37,918 bases of DNA, taken from IMG/VR virus record IMGVR_UViG_3300005077_000050, positions 1 through 37,918 of that record. One strand, 5' to 3'. The translations under genes and the position numbers were made by a program. The stretch comes from a virus. Its lineage: Duplodnaviria > Caudoviricetes. Positions 1-9,470 of this stretch are shown here, piece by piece; the first letter of the stretch is position 1; the number at the start of each line of letters is the position of its first letter. Below the pieces are notes generated by a model. It worked only from the letters and a program-made list of their open reading frames with translations. It did no database searches and was not told where the DNA came from.

Positions 1-40
1 TGGAACGCTGGAACGCTGGAACGCTGGAACGCTGGAACGT
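1..40 (+). repeat. 8-bp tandem repeat (TGGAACGC)x4 + TGGAACGT at the window edge
   Basis: Read directly from the sequence; the window starts inside the array, so it may be truncated. Confidence 0.95.
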
Positions 41-71
41 TGAACAAAGATTCTGTTTGTTGTTTTGTATG

Positions 72-187
72 TTCATACGTTACAACGAAACGTTTATTCA
101 TACGATACAACGTAACGTTTAGCCGCTTTATAAGACGTTGCTAAACAGTGATTTAGATAGTCAATGATTCAACGTTACAACGAAACG
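72..187 (+). repeat. 25-bp imperfect tandem repeat TTCATACGWTACAACGWAACGTTTA x2 (72-121) plus a partial copy ACGTTACAACGAAACG (172-187)
   Basis: Read directly; lies upstream of terL. The core ACGATACAACG also occurs at 37192-37202. Confidence 0.85.
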
Positions 188-307
188 CAAACAGGCGGCA
201 CCGGGTGCGGCGCTGACCGACCTTTCTTCCGCTGTCTCGCCGTATCGCGTCACAAGTATCCAGTTTGAGGCAGAGTGACGACATACGTATGTGGGTAATT
301 TCGTAGG

Positions 308-2107
308 ATGGAGCATATAAAGGGCAAATTAGAGGAACTAACGTTCGCAGTCCTAACGTGTAGAGATTTAGATTCAGACGTTGGGGAGTATCTTACGGTG
401 AGGCTTAAAGTTTTTCAAGAGTTAGCAAAAACGCATAAGCTGTTAGACGCAACTCCGATTGCAGATTCCCGCATAAAGGTGCGTTTAGACGAGATAACGG
501 CAAAAGTGCTCAGCCCGGAGGAGAACGGAAAACGTTCCGACGGAGCGGTGAAACGTACCGACCCTGATACGATAATATCGGAGTTACAAGCGTTGCAAGC
601 CCTTATTAAGGCTTGGGATTCTATGGAGGAGATTGGCCCGAAAGAAACGGAGGCTCAACGTAAAAGTAACAAATGTTGGGATGTTGACCCAAACGGTTTA
701 ACAACGTGGATACCTCTAACTATAAAACAACGTGAAGCACTATACTTACTTGACAGTGGGCAATACGATAAGTTTCTCGCTGTTGGAGGTAGCGGGAGTG
801 GCAAGTCATTCGTAGCAGCGTATAAGGTGATACGTGACACGCTACGTCATAAGGCGCCCTGCCTAATCGCTCGTGATAAGATGGTTGATTTAACACAAGG
901 TATGCTTGACCAGATAGTTCCCGCTATCCTCCAACGTATTGCCAAAGCAAACAAACAAGAGAGGTGGGAAGCGTGGTCTATTGACGGGTTGAAGTTTGCG
1001 AAGTTGACGGACAAACGTACAAAGTTGGACTTCGCAACGGGCGGGTATGTACGCTTCGCCGGAGTGTCGGCACGTGACCAGTCGGAGAGTGGCTCGGACA
1101 AAATACTTTCACCGTCTTGGTTGCACGTTCTGCTTGAGGAGATTTCAGAGATGGACTACGAGATAGTCGAGAAGCTGATAACACGTTTGAGATATCACGT
1201 TAAAGATACGTTGAATGTGCTGTTGCTCACTGAGAACCCACCGTCTATCAATCACTGGAGCTATAAACGCTTTTTTGAGTTTACACGTGAGGACGGAACG
1301 CCTTTACCGGATGAAGAGCGTGAAGCGATGTACGCGATTATAATGAACCCACAGGACAACGTAGAGAACCTTGGGGAGAAGTATATAAAGAACTTGTCGC
1401 AGATGACTGGTTCGAACTACGAACGTTTTTATCTTGGACAGTTTCAAGACACGGAAACGGGAGAGGTGTTTAAAAAGATGGAGTGGACGACAAACCTTCC
1501 ACGTAGTATGGACTGGGAGAGGTTGGTCGTTTACACAGACCCAACCCCGTTGACTGGCAAAGAGTACAGCAAATGGGCTGACTTTAAAGCAAGCGTTCTT
1601 GTAGGTCTGTTCGATAAAAAGACGTACGTTTTGGACGTAATTCCGATTCGTGGTTCAACTATGGACATGTTACGTTCTATTAAACAGTTGTGGGACGCCT
1701 CACCGAACCAAAGCATAACGCAAATCGTTATGGAGAACAAACAGGTGCCATCGGACTTTGACCAGGTGCTTGTAACGTTTACAGCGATGACAAACTGGGC
1801 AGTGCCTATCCATAAAGACAAACGTTTGTTTCACGACAAGAAGGGTTCGATTGAGATATTTTTACAACCGTTGTTCGAGTCTGGCACAATCTTTTTCAAT
1901 AAAGCGTTCAGGGATACTGAGCGTGGACGTGAAACTCAGGTGCAGATATTGAAGTTTACACGTAAAAACAATAAGTTAATAAAAGACGATATACCGGACG
2001 CTATTATGCGGGCTGACACGTACCTAAAAGGTAAGATGGGGCGTTCACGTAAACGTAGTGAAGCACCGATACGCTTCATAGTTCCCGGTTTTATCCATCA
2101 TAATTAA
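308..2107 (+). CDS. terL: Terminase large subunit with a ~130 aa N-terminal extension
   Basis: Q motif (LTIKQ), Walker A GGSGSGKS, Walker B VLLEE, coupling motif TENP, acidic RNase H-like C-terminal domain (YTDP...D...DDIPDA); first gene of the head operon. Confidence 0.92.
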   Translation: MEHIKGKLEELTFAVLTCRDLDSDVGEYLTVRLKVFQELAKTHKLLDATPIADSRIKVRLDEITAKVLSPEENGKRSDGAVKRTDPDTIISELQALQALIKAWDSMEEIGPKETEAQRKSNKCWDVDPNGLTTWIPLTIKQREALYLLDSGQYDKFLAVGGSGSGKSFVAAYKVIRDTLRHKAPCLIARDKMVDLTQGMLDQIVPAILQRIAKANKQERWEAWSIDGLKFAKLTDKRTKLDFATGGYVRFAGVSARDQSESGSDKILSPSWLHVLLEEISEMDYEIVEKLITRLRYHVKDTLNVLLLTENPPSINHWSYKRFFEFTREDGTPLPDEEREAMYAIIMNPQDNVENLGEKYIKNLSQMTGSNYERFYLGQFQDTETGEVFKKMEWTTNLPRSMDWERLVVYTDPTPLTGKEYSKWADFKASVLVGLFDKKTYVLDVIPIRGSTMDMLRSIKQLWDASPNQSITQIVMENKQVPSDFDQVLVTFTAMTNWAVPIHKDKRLFHDKKGSIEIFLQPLFESGTIFFNKAFRDTERGRETQVQILKFTRKNNKLIKDDIPDAIMRADTYLKGKMGRSRKRSEAPIRFIVPGFIHHN

Positions 2108-2112
2108 AACGT

Positions 2113-2766
2113 ATGTACACAAGAGCGGAGTTAGAAGCAATAGGCTGGGTTTTTACGTCTGTTGACAATACCGGGTCATGGACTGTTAGCGTAACACGCA
2201 CCGTTGTTACGCCTGACGTTGATGACGATGGAGTTGACGAGGAGACGATTTATCTGTACGCAAAGACGGAAACGTTGGAAGCTGATGCGGAGGCCGTTGT
2301 TATAATGTACGCTTCGATGATTGAGTACTCGTTACTTGTTGACAAATGGATGCCGCAAAGTCTTGCGTTTCCAGAATCGCAGTTATACCAGTTCATACAG
2401 CCAGCAACGTTGGAGTTATTGAAGTCAATGTACCCTGATGTTGTTATAACAGCGTATAATAACGCGTTGGCTTATGTTCAGTCTTACGTTGGCGCTATGT
2501 TTGACGTTGACACAATGGTAGAAACGGGAGGCACAACCTCAACAGCCCTGACACTTCGGTTAGCGTTGTGTTTATCCACAGTAACGTTCATACTTGCATC
2601 GTCACCACAATACTCTGACGTTATAGACATGCACAACAGGCAACTTCACACGTTGTTAAGTGGGCTTAAACGTGGTTCACGTAACTTCGGGAAAGACGCT
2701 GTTGCTGGCGACCCTGACGTTAGGATGACCGTTGTTTCATTAACGAAAACAGGCAATACACCATGA
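2113..2766 (+). CDS. Head-to-tail adaptor, Mu gp36/DUF1320-like, with an N-terminal extension
   Basis: C-terminal pattern A..YV.SY.G..FD...LRLALCL..(helix)..L..LKRG resembles DUF1320; position between terL and portal. Confidence 0.55.
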   Translation: MYTRAELEAIGWVFTSVDNTGSWTVSVTRTVVTPDVDDDGVDEETIYLYAKTETLEADAEAVVIMYASMIEYSLLVDKWMPQSLAFPESQLYQFIQPATLELLKSMYPDVVITAYNNALAYVQSYVGAMFDVDTMVETGGTTSTALTLRLALCLSTVTFILASSPQYSDVIDMHNRQLHTLLSGLKRGSRNFGKDAVAGDPDVRMTVVSLTKTGNTP

Positions 2767-4091
2767 TAAACCCATATAATATGTTTTTTGAGTCCGGTGT
2801 ACGTGGAGCAAAAAACGTTATACTGCCAAACAACTACTCGTTTGACCTGAATATGGACACGTGGTGGAGTGCAGTACAACGTGCTCGTTTGTACTCGGAC
2901 TTTACCGGACTGGACGCGCTTTACAGCTACGTGATGAAAAGTAGCACGTTGATACGTGCGGCCATCGAGAAACGTTTACGACCGTTGCAACACAGACCTT
3001 TCAGGGTGTTGGTCAATGGCAAAGAGGATGAAGCGTTAACCAAACTTGTACAAACTAACTCATTGGTGCGTGAATTAATCTACCAAAAAGGTTTGGCGAA
3101 TTTCACCTACGCCCGTGTTATCGGTGTGGACAAGAACGGTGATACGTTCATTTATCCGTTGAGGAATATTGACGTTGTTAACAAAGCTATAAAAGGTGCA
3201 ACGTACGATACGATGGGAGAGCATCGTGTTGAGAAGCACGTTAATTTGTTTTGGATACAGACCTCTTATCAGTCGGAGGATACGTTAGGGCTTTTAGAAC
3301 CTATTTGTCGTGATTATATAAATGCAGTAAACGCACAAAATAACTGGCAAACCGCTTCTCAGTTCTTAGCATATCAGCAAATGATTATGTATTATGAGAA
3401 CGGTGACCCTAAAATGCAAGAGGATGCTGAGGCTGCTGCTGCACGTGTTGGGTTAGGTGAGGTAATCGTTGCAGGTAGAACGACTGACGACACCGGTACA
3501 GAGGTTAAGAACCTTGAGTTGGAGAACGTTTACGGTGGTGCTTCGGCAGATACGTTTAGGATATTTAAAGAGAATATTGATTCTCTTATGGAAAATATTT
3601 CACTGCTTATACTTGGTTCTTCTCTTTTGATGAAGAGCGCAAAAAATACAAACTCTGAACGTTTGGTACGTGCTCACTTAAAAGGGTTCCATGATATTTG
3701 TGAAACGGACGCTTTGGACGTTCAAAACTGGTTGAACCGGAAAGAAAACAAAGTTAAGTTAGCGTATTTATTAAAGCAACCACGTTTAGAGTATGCAACG
3801 TTTGAAATGCAACCTATATCGCATATTGATATTGGTGACATTGAAACGTTTACAGAGTTCTTTAACAAATTAAAGCTCATACCTACTGGTGATTTTATTA
3901 AGAAGGCAGGTTTGAGCGTAAATGACGTAGTTGGGTATGAAAACGCTAAAAACGTTGATAAACGAAATGAAGAACTTAGAGGTTTACGTGACCAAAAAGA
4001 TACCAAAAGAAGTATCACAAGCATGGTTATGGGAATCGCAAAACGCGTTTTTGGCTCAGGCAGACCCGGCGACGGGTCAACGTTGGGCTGA
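2763..4091 (+). CDS. Portal protein (Mu gp29/DUF935-like)
   Basis: 442 aa, position in the head module, helical composition; ATGA overlap with the upstream gene. Confidence 0.7.
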   Translation: MINPYNMFFESGVRGAKNVILPNNYSFDLNMDTWWSAVQRARLYSDFTGLDALYSYVMKSSTLIRAAIEKRLRPLQHRPFRVLVNGKEDEALTKLVQTNSLVRELIYQKGLANFTYARVIGVDKNGDTFIYPLRNIDVVNKAIKGATYDTMGEHRVEKHVNLFWIQTSYQSEDTLGLLEPICRDYINAVNAQNNWQTASQFLAYQQMIMYYENGDPKMQEDAEAAAARVGLGEVIVAGRTTDDTGTEVKNLELENVYGGASADTFRIFKENIDSLMENISLLILGSSLLMKSAKNTNSERLVRAHLKGFHDICETDALDVQNWLNRKENKVKLAYLLKQPRLEYATFEMQPISHIDIGDIETFTEFFNKLKLIPTGDFIKKAGLSVNDVVGYENAKNVDKRNEELRGLRDQKDTKRSITSMVMGIAKRVFGSGRPGDGSTLG

Positions 4092-4443
4092 TAGATATGG
4101 CGTGGCCTTCGGTAAAGGTTTAAAGCACCACGGTAATATAGAGCCATATTTATCATACAACAAATTACACCGGACTGGCAAACTTTTACGTAACGTAAAG
4201 GTCAAAGTGGTTGATGGGAACGTTGTAGCGTCTAACAGAGTTAAATACGCTAAAGACCACAACGAGGGTGTAAGCGGTAGCAAGCGTGCAGCAATAAAAG
4301 AGCCTTACATACGTAGCGGTGCACGTGTTGTTTTTACTGGTGGGAACATAACTGCACGTCCGTTTATGAACCCATCTAAAAAAGTGTTAAAGATGCCTGC
4401 AACACTATTAAGAAAGAAACTACGCTTAAATGGTTGGTTATGA
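3931..4443 (+). CDS. Virion morphogenesis/tail completion protein (Mu gpG / P2 gpS-like); start may be 3937
   Basis: Motifs F..QADP..G..W, L..TGKL, KYA..HNEG and ITARPFM are typical of this family. Confidence 0.8.
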   Translation: MGMKTLKTLINEMKNLEVYVTKKIPKEVSQAWLWESQNAFLAQADPATGQRWADRYGVAFGKGLKHHGNIEPYLSYNKLHRTGKLLRNVKVKVVDGNVVASNRVKYAKDHNEGVSGSKRAAIKEPYIRSGARVVFTGGNITARPFMNPSKKVLKMPATLLRKKLRLNGWL

Positions 4444-4988
4444 TAGGATATTTACAAGATGGGATTGCAAAGGCTTTAAAAGCCTACGAACCCTTAAAAC
4501 TGGCCAATATTGAGCCGATTAGAGCCATTGAAGGGGATAGTGCTGTAATAAATACTCCTTTACCCGCTATTGTAATACATATAATAGGTGTGGACGGTGA
4601 GGGAAACACGTTTATAGGTGGTGGTATTAGGCAGTATTACAGCGTTCAACTTTGGGTTTTAAACGTTGTTACGAATTTTACGTTTACGAAAGATAACGGA
4701 CTTCAAGCAAAGATGCTTGATATTTCGGATGAAGTTATACGTTGCATTGAGAACACAACTTTGCTTGACACTATAAAACAAACGGTTGATTTGCAGATGC
4801 AATTTGACAGAATAGAGTCAGACGTAACGTACGGCTCGAAGGGTGCTCAAGCAGTTACCGTCGACGTTCAGAAAATAATTTATGAATGTTCCGTTGAGTT
4901 TAACAGGTTCCCGGCTGACTACGTTAGCGATGCTAATTTAGACGCTGTGGAAATAAATAATAACGTTAATACATCAAATTTACCATGA
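4434..4988 (+). CDS. Putative tail terminator/neck protein (Mu gp37-like)
   Basis: Size, a PLPAIVIHI motif and position after the gpG-like gene. Confidence 0.45.
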   Translation: MVMIGYLQDGIAKALKAYEPLKLANIEPIRAIEGDSAVINTPLPAIVIHIIGVDGEGNTFIGGGIRQYYSVQLWVLNVVTNFTFTKDNGLQAKMLDISDEVIRCIENTTLLDTIKQTVDLQMQFDRIESDVTYGSKGAQAVTVDVQKIIYECSVEFNRFPADYVSDANLDAVEINNNVNTSNLP

Positions 4989-6895
4989 GGAAAATAGACA
5001 AATTACAACAACTTACAACCGGACGTGTTGACCAAAACAATAATCAAGTACGTCCTGACATTATTGATTGGTCAATGTTCGACCAAAATCCCGTTTTACT
5101 TTACGACCGAAAGGATGAAGGTCATCGTGGGGTAGTAGTCGGACGTGTGGAAGACCGTGTACGTACAGAGGCTGGTTGGGCCGGCAAGTTGGTTTTCATG
5201 GAACGTGTAGAGGACGCAGATATTGCGTTTGAAAAATACACACAAGGCTTCTTACCTTACGTTTCCATTGGTGGTTATGCCGTTGGTGGAAAGAAAGTCG
5301 AAGCTGAGGTTTACGTTCCTGAAAAGTATTACATACGTGAAGTATCTTTGGTTCGTTTCCCGGCAAACCTTGATGCACGTATTTTAACGGAAGCAGAAGT
5401 ACAAGAAGAAAACATACCAGTAGTAGAAGGTGAGCAAGTACGTTACTTAACTATGAGCTTTAACCCGGAAGCAGAACGCTTGGAAGCAGAACGCTTGGAA
5501 GCAGAACGCTTGGAAGCAGAACGCTTGGAAGCAGAACGCTTGGAAGCAGAACGCTTGGAAGCAGAACGCAAAGGTATGCCATTAGGATTTTCTTGGTTCG
5601 ATAATAATAACAAACAAACAAAAAATGAAATAACGATGAAAAATTTCCGTGAACTTAACGCAGACGTAGATTTTCAAAAACGTTTGCAAATGTTGAGTGC
5701 CGCTTTAAGGTCAGGTGCTCCCAAAACTGATGGTGTAGCTGAAAACGCTGAAACCATTAAATTGCTTGCAACGTCTATGTTGCAGGATAAAGAAGTTGTT
5801 TTGTTAGCATCTGTAACGCATTACACAGATGCAATAACCCGTAAACGTGTTAATGCGCTTGGACTGTTAATCGAAGCTGCCGCTGGAAATGCAACCGCAG
5901 CAACGTTAGCTGCCGCTGACTTGGGCGTTATCAAGTACCTTTCGATTTTTTACCAAAAACTGTTGGCAAACGACACGTTCCGTCGTTCCTTGTCATTCGT
6001 TCCAATGAGTGATAAAGCGGGTGCAATTTACATCGAGGACGCAATCGCTGCTCCAACGTATATTGGAAACAATACCCCGTTGAACGCAACCGTTTATACA
6101 TATGATGACATCAAACGTACTATTGCACGTAAAGTTTTCGCGATGTCACCCGTGCTGTTCCAACATTCTGAACTTGCCATTTTGTCGTACGACAAACAAT
6201 CCAAAGGTATTCAGTCTGCAATGGCTCAATTGATGCAGGACGTTTCAACTTACGTTTTACAGGTTGTGGCTAACACAACTGGAGTATCAGTTGTACGTAC
6301 AACTGGAAGCACCGTTTCGGCTGCCGGCCTGTTCCCAATCGAGGCTCCTTTGTCAACGTTGACAATTAAAAAACCCACGTTGGCCGACATCATCACCCTT
6401 GAAGGTAAGTTCTTAATGCAGAACTACAACTTCGGTGAAGATGGCAAACGTGTCGAAGTTGTTCTTCCAGCTAACGTGTACTCCATGTTGGCAAGTGATT
6501 CGGAAGTTCGTAACCAATTAACGCGTGAATTGAGCGCAAACATTGCTTCGAAAATTGATTTCTCGGCTTCACGTATTACCCCACGTAATCCTGTTGCACG
6601 TTTCAACAATACCAGTGGTTTGATGGAACTTGACCCAGCGATGTACGCTGACAAAAACGTTGCCGATGACGGTTCGTTTACCGACATCACTCCCGCAACC
6701 ACAACCGTTAATCATATCGGTGCTGGAGTTGCGTTTGTTGAAAACGAAGTTCTTGCTGGTTTTGGTTCGATTGAATTAAGCGTTGCTCCTGACCCACGTA
6801 ACTATGGAACGTTGATTTCTGGTTGGTTGTCAACCGGTGTTACCGTTGCACGTAGTGGCGGTAAAGGTGCTGCTGTTATTGTTCCTGGCGTTTAA
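4985..6895 (+). CDS. Prohead protease-scaffold-major capsid fusion; probable internal start at 5636
   Basis: N-terminal HK97-type protease motifs (F.QNPVLLY.H/R, VSIG, EVSLV.FPAN.DA), an (EAERL)n coiled-coil linker, then a ~420 aa capsid-sized domain; no other capsid candidate in the window. Confidence 0.8.
   Translation: MRKIDKLQQLTTGRVDQNNNQVRPDIIDWSMFDQNPVLLYDRKDEGHRGVVVGRVEDRVRTEAGWAGKLVFMERVEDADIAFEKYTQGFLPYVSIGGYAVGGKKVEAEVYVPEKYYIREVSLVRFPANLDARILTEAEVQEENIPVVEGEQVRYLTMSFNPEAERLEAERLEAERLEAERLEAERLEAERLEAERKGMPLGFSWFDNNNKQTKNEITMKNFRELNADVDFQKRLQMLSAALRSGAPKTDGVAENAETIKLLATSMLQDKEVVLLASVTHYTDAITRKRVNALGLLIEAAAGNATAATLAAADLGVIKYLSIFYQKLLANDTFRRSLSFVPMSDKAGAIYIEDAIAAPTYIGNNTPLNATVYTYDDIKRTIARKVFAMSPVLFQHSELAILSYDKQSKGIQSAMAQLMQDVSTYVLQVVANTTGVSVVRTTGSTVSAAGLFPIEAPLSTLTIKKPTLADIITLEGKFLMQNYNFGEDGKRVEVVLPANVYSMLASDSEVRNQLTRELSANIASKIDFSASRITPRNPVARFNNTSGLMELDPAMYADKNVADDGSFTDITPATTTVNHIGAGVAFVENEVLAGFGSIELSVAPDPRNYGTLISGWLSTGVTVARSGGKGAAVIVPGV
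5468..5569 (+). repeat. Perfect 15-bp tandem repeat GAAGCAGAACGCTTG x6.8 encoding (EAERL)n
   Basis: Read directly from the sequence. Confidence 0.97.
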
Positions 6896-6919
6896 GCTGT
6901 CTGTTTTGTTTATATTTTT

Positions 6920-6955
6920 AGAGCGTTCCGTTGTTATGACGGAACGTTCTTTCTT
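6920..6955 (+). terminator. Probable intrinsic terminator after the capsid gene
   Basis: Stem AGAGCGTTCCGTT/GACGGAACGTTCT with G-U pairs, followed by TTCTT. Confidence 0.65.
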
Positions 6956-6979
6956 AATTAACTAATTAAATTAAAAGCG

Positions 6980-7396
6980 ATGCAAAAAGCGAATTTTGAA
7001 ATAACACAAATCGCAGAAATTGTCAAAAAACTGCGTTTGTACAAAAAGTTGACGGTTACAACAACCGGTCAAATGTTCATCAACGAGAACGACGCTAAAG
7101 AAGCCGTTCGGACTGTTAACGCAATCCGAAACGACGAAAACCTTAGCATAGGTATCGTTACGTTGACCGAGGATATGGTCAACGATGACAAATTGAAAAT
7201 GTATGCAAAGAACCCAAAAGTTTTTAACTTACTTTTCAAAGACGCTGTTATTCCTGTTGCAGCAAAAACTGAAACAGAGAAGTTTGAACGTAAGACCGAA
7301 GAAGTTAAAACAGACACCAAAGTTGAGGATGGAGTTGACGTTCTTTTAGGTCTTAAAACCGTTGAAGAAGAAACAAAAACAACCGAAACAAAGTAA
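6980..7396 (+). CDS. Hypothetical protein in the structural module
   Basis: 138 aa ORF with an A-rich start context, between capsid and sheath genes. Confidence 0.75.
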   Translation: MQKANFEITQIAEIVKKLRLYKKLTVTTTGQMFINENDAKEAVRTVNAIRNDENLSIGIVTLTEDMVNDDKLKMYAKNPKVFNLLFKDAVIPVAAKTETEKFERKTEEVKTDTKVEDGVDVLLGLKTVEEETKTTETK

Positions 7397-7401
7397 CGTA
7401 A

Positions 7402-8580
7402 ATGGCAAAAACTGGCATTAAAATCGTTGTAGGGAATTCCTCTTTTGGAAGCAACCCGAACGTAAATGCGAATTCGATTCTTTTCGTAGCCGGAGCCGTT
7501 GCCGTAGCAACTGGCGACATTGCATTTACGTTAGACACACCTTTTATGCTTAGGAGTTTGTCCGATTTGGACGCTTTCGATATTACTGAGGCCAACAACC
7601 CAAAAGTGTATCGTCAAGTAAAAGACTTCTACGCACCCAAAAAAGGTTTGAATAATAACGGAACCGTTTTGTGGTTAGTAGGTATGACTACCATAACAAC
7701 TACCACCGTTATTCTTTCTGCTGTACGTGCCACTGTTTTAAGTGGCTTTGAATTCAGACCACGTAACATCTTAATAGCGCAGCTTAACGTTTTCGCAGGT
7801 GCTCCGTTAGCCGTAAGTGCAATACAAACGGCAATCGACACGTTGTATGAAGAAGGATTTACCACTGTTGCAATCGTTGGTGATTGTGTACGTGGTGATG
7901 TTGCTTCGTACACGTTGCCTGATTTATCAACAAACGAAGCCCCGATGGTTGGCGTTTTGGTTGTTTCCGATATTCAATCCGCTGAGGCTTGCGTTGGAAA
8001 GGTTGGTGGTTTTATGGCTTCCCTATCAGTAGGTACGTCAATAGGTGATGGTTCGTTACCAGCGTTTGCTGACTCTATGTACATGGTTGACATGACTGGA
8101 GTTTCAACGTATGTTAACACTCCTTGCGCTAAGTTAACTTTGGCGAAGGCCGAAGAGTTTGGAACAAAACAGTACATCTTTGCACGTACAAGGCCACCGT
8201 ATAACGGGCTTTGGCTCAATGATGGGGCAACAGCCGAGGATAGCACCACAGCGTTAAGCTCATTGGAGATGGGCAGAACGTTAGCTTCCCTTGTGGATGA
8301 TTTACGCTACTTCTTAACACCGTACCTTAACACCAAAATTCCGGTTAATAAAGATGGCGATATTGACGCAGCGTACAAGCAAGCGTTACTTAACGAGCTT
8401 CGTAGTAAAGTAATCGTTCCTTACATCACTTCCGGTGATATTTCAGACGCTAACGTAACGTTGGCAGCTAAGGATAACGATATGGTATCTACAAGAACGT
8501 GGAAAGTATCTTTATCTGTGTTGCCATCCCCAACTTTACGTTGGATTGACGGTTATGTATTTTACGTTACATCTTTATAA
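7402..8580 (+). CDS. Tail sheath protein (DUF2586-like)
   Basis: 392 aa; QVKDFY motif, C-terminal GDIS..V.L...W.V.L...P..TLR.I sheath-like end; precedes the tube gene. Confidence 0.8.
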   Translation: MAKTGIKIVVGNSSFGSNPNVNANSILFVAGAVAVATGDIAFTLDTPFMLRSLSDLDAFDITEANNPKVYRQVKDFYAPKKGLNNNGTVLWLVGMTTITTTTVILSAVRATVLSGFEFRPRNILIAQLNVFAGAPLAVSAIQTAIDTLYEEGFTTVAIVGDCVRGDVASYTLPDLSTNEAPMVGVLVVSDIQSAEACVGKVGGFMASLSVGTSIGDGSLPAFADSMYMVDMTGVSTYVNTPCAKLTLAKAEEFGTKQYIFARTRPPYNGLWLNDGATAEDSTTALSSLEMGRTLASLVDDLRYFLTPYLNTKIPVNKDGDIDAAYKQALLNELRSKVIVPYITSGDISDANVTLAAKDNDMVSTRTWKVSLSVLPSPTLRWIDGYVFYVTSL

Positions 8581-8590
8581 TTGAAAGAAT

Positions 8591-9094
8591 ATGCAAAAAG
8601 TAATAGCCGCCCGTGACGTCGATTTGTATTTGACGTTGCCCAACATGGTGATGTTGAAAGTCTTAACCGCTTCTGATTTTTCTGCAACTATTTCAGGTAA
8701 TACGGAGGACATTGGTGCAATTTCAACCGATGAACCTATCGCTGTTGACAACAGCGGGAACACGTATGACTTGTCTTTCTCTTTGCAGTCAGCAGAAGCG
8801 TTGGCAATCAAAGATGCGTTAGCAGCAGCTACCGCAGCCGAAGCAAGTGGTTCAATCGCTCACATACGTCAAATAGTAGAAACTGCTACTATAACAGTAG
8901 TATGGCGTAAACGTCGTGACGTTCCTGCTACCGCTACAACTGAAACGTACAGCAACTGTACTGGCGTTGAAGAGTCTGACGGTGTTCAAAGGCGTAGCCC
9001 TGAAACTATTAAAACGTGGAGATTCCGTGCAAGGGGTCTGACACGTGTAACTGTGTTATCAGGGGGTCTGACACGTGTAAATGTGTTATCATAA
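8591..9094 (+). CDS. Tail tube protein
   Basis: 167 aa, beta-rich, directly after the sheath gene. Confidence 0.7.
   Translation: MQKVIAARDVDLYLTLPNMVMLKVLTASDFSATISGNTEDIGAISTDEPIAVDNSGNTYDLSFSLQSAEALAIKDALAAATAAEASGSIAHIRQIVETATITVVWRKRRDVPATATTETYSNCTGVEESDGVQRRSPETIKTWRFRARGLTRVTVLSGGLTRVNVLS
9033..9092 (+). repeat. 30-bp tandem duplication at the 3' end of the tube gene (GLTRVTVLS/GLTRVNVLS)
   Basis: GGGGTCTGACACGTGTAACTGTGTTATCAG followed by GGGGTCTGACACGTGTAAATGTGTTATCAT. Confidence 0.93.
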
Positions 9095-9111
9095 CTTTGT
9101 AAAATATAAAC

Positions 9112-9444
9112 ATGACAACGATAGATTTAAAAAACGTTTTGGTAAAAGGGGAAGGAGCCGAGGATATAACGGTTCAAGTTGTGGACTTTGACAGGTATAA
9201 CGACGCCCACGTCAAGTTTGCGTATAACTATTCCGATATGTTATTCCGTGCGCCTTCACCTTTTTCAGACGTTAGTGAGGCAGCAAAAGAGTATGTTAAA
9301 AAGTTTTTAGTACATACAGAAGCAGATGAAAAAGACCCGAAAAGCACGTTTTCAAAAATCTACAACGATTTACGTGCTTGCAGAACACTTTTCCATAAGG
9401 AAAAGATAACGTTGGATTTAAACAATTTTTTCGAGAACGCCTGA
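9112..9444 (+). CDS. Tail assembly chaperone (gpG-like)
   Basis: Between tube and tape measure genes; ends in the slippery heptamer T TTT TTC. Confidence 0.7.
   Translation: MTTIDLKNVLVKGEGAEDITVQVVDFDRYNDAHVKFAYNYSDMLFRAPSPFSDVSEAAKEYVKKFLVHTEADEKDPKSTFSKIYNDLRACRTLFHKEKITLDLNNFFENA
9426..9432 (+). other. Programmed -1 frameshift site (T TTT TTC)
   Basis: X XXY YYZ heptamer in the correct frame; the -1 frame is open (RERLTYQDGDIEGLKD) into ORF 9471-9782. Confidence 0.8.
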
Positions 9445-9470
9445 CATATCAAGACGGAGATATAGAAGGC

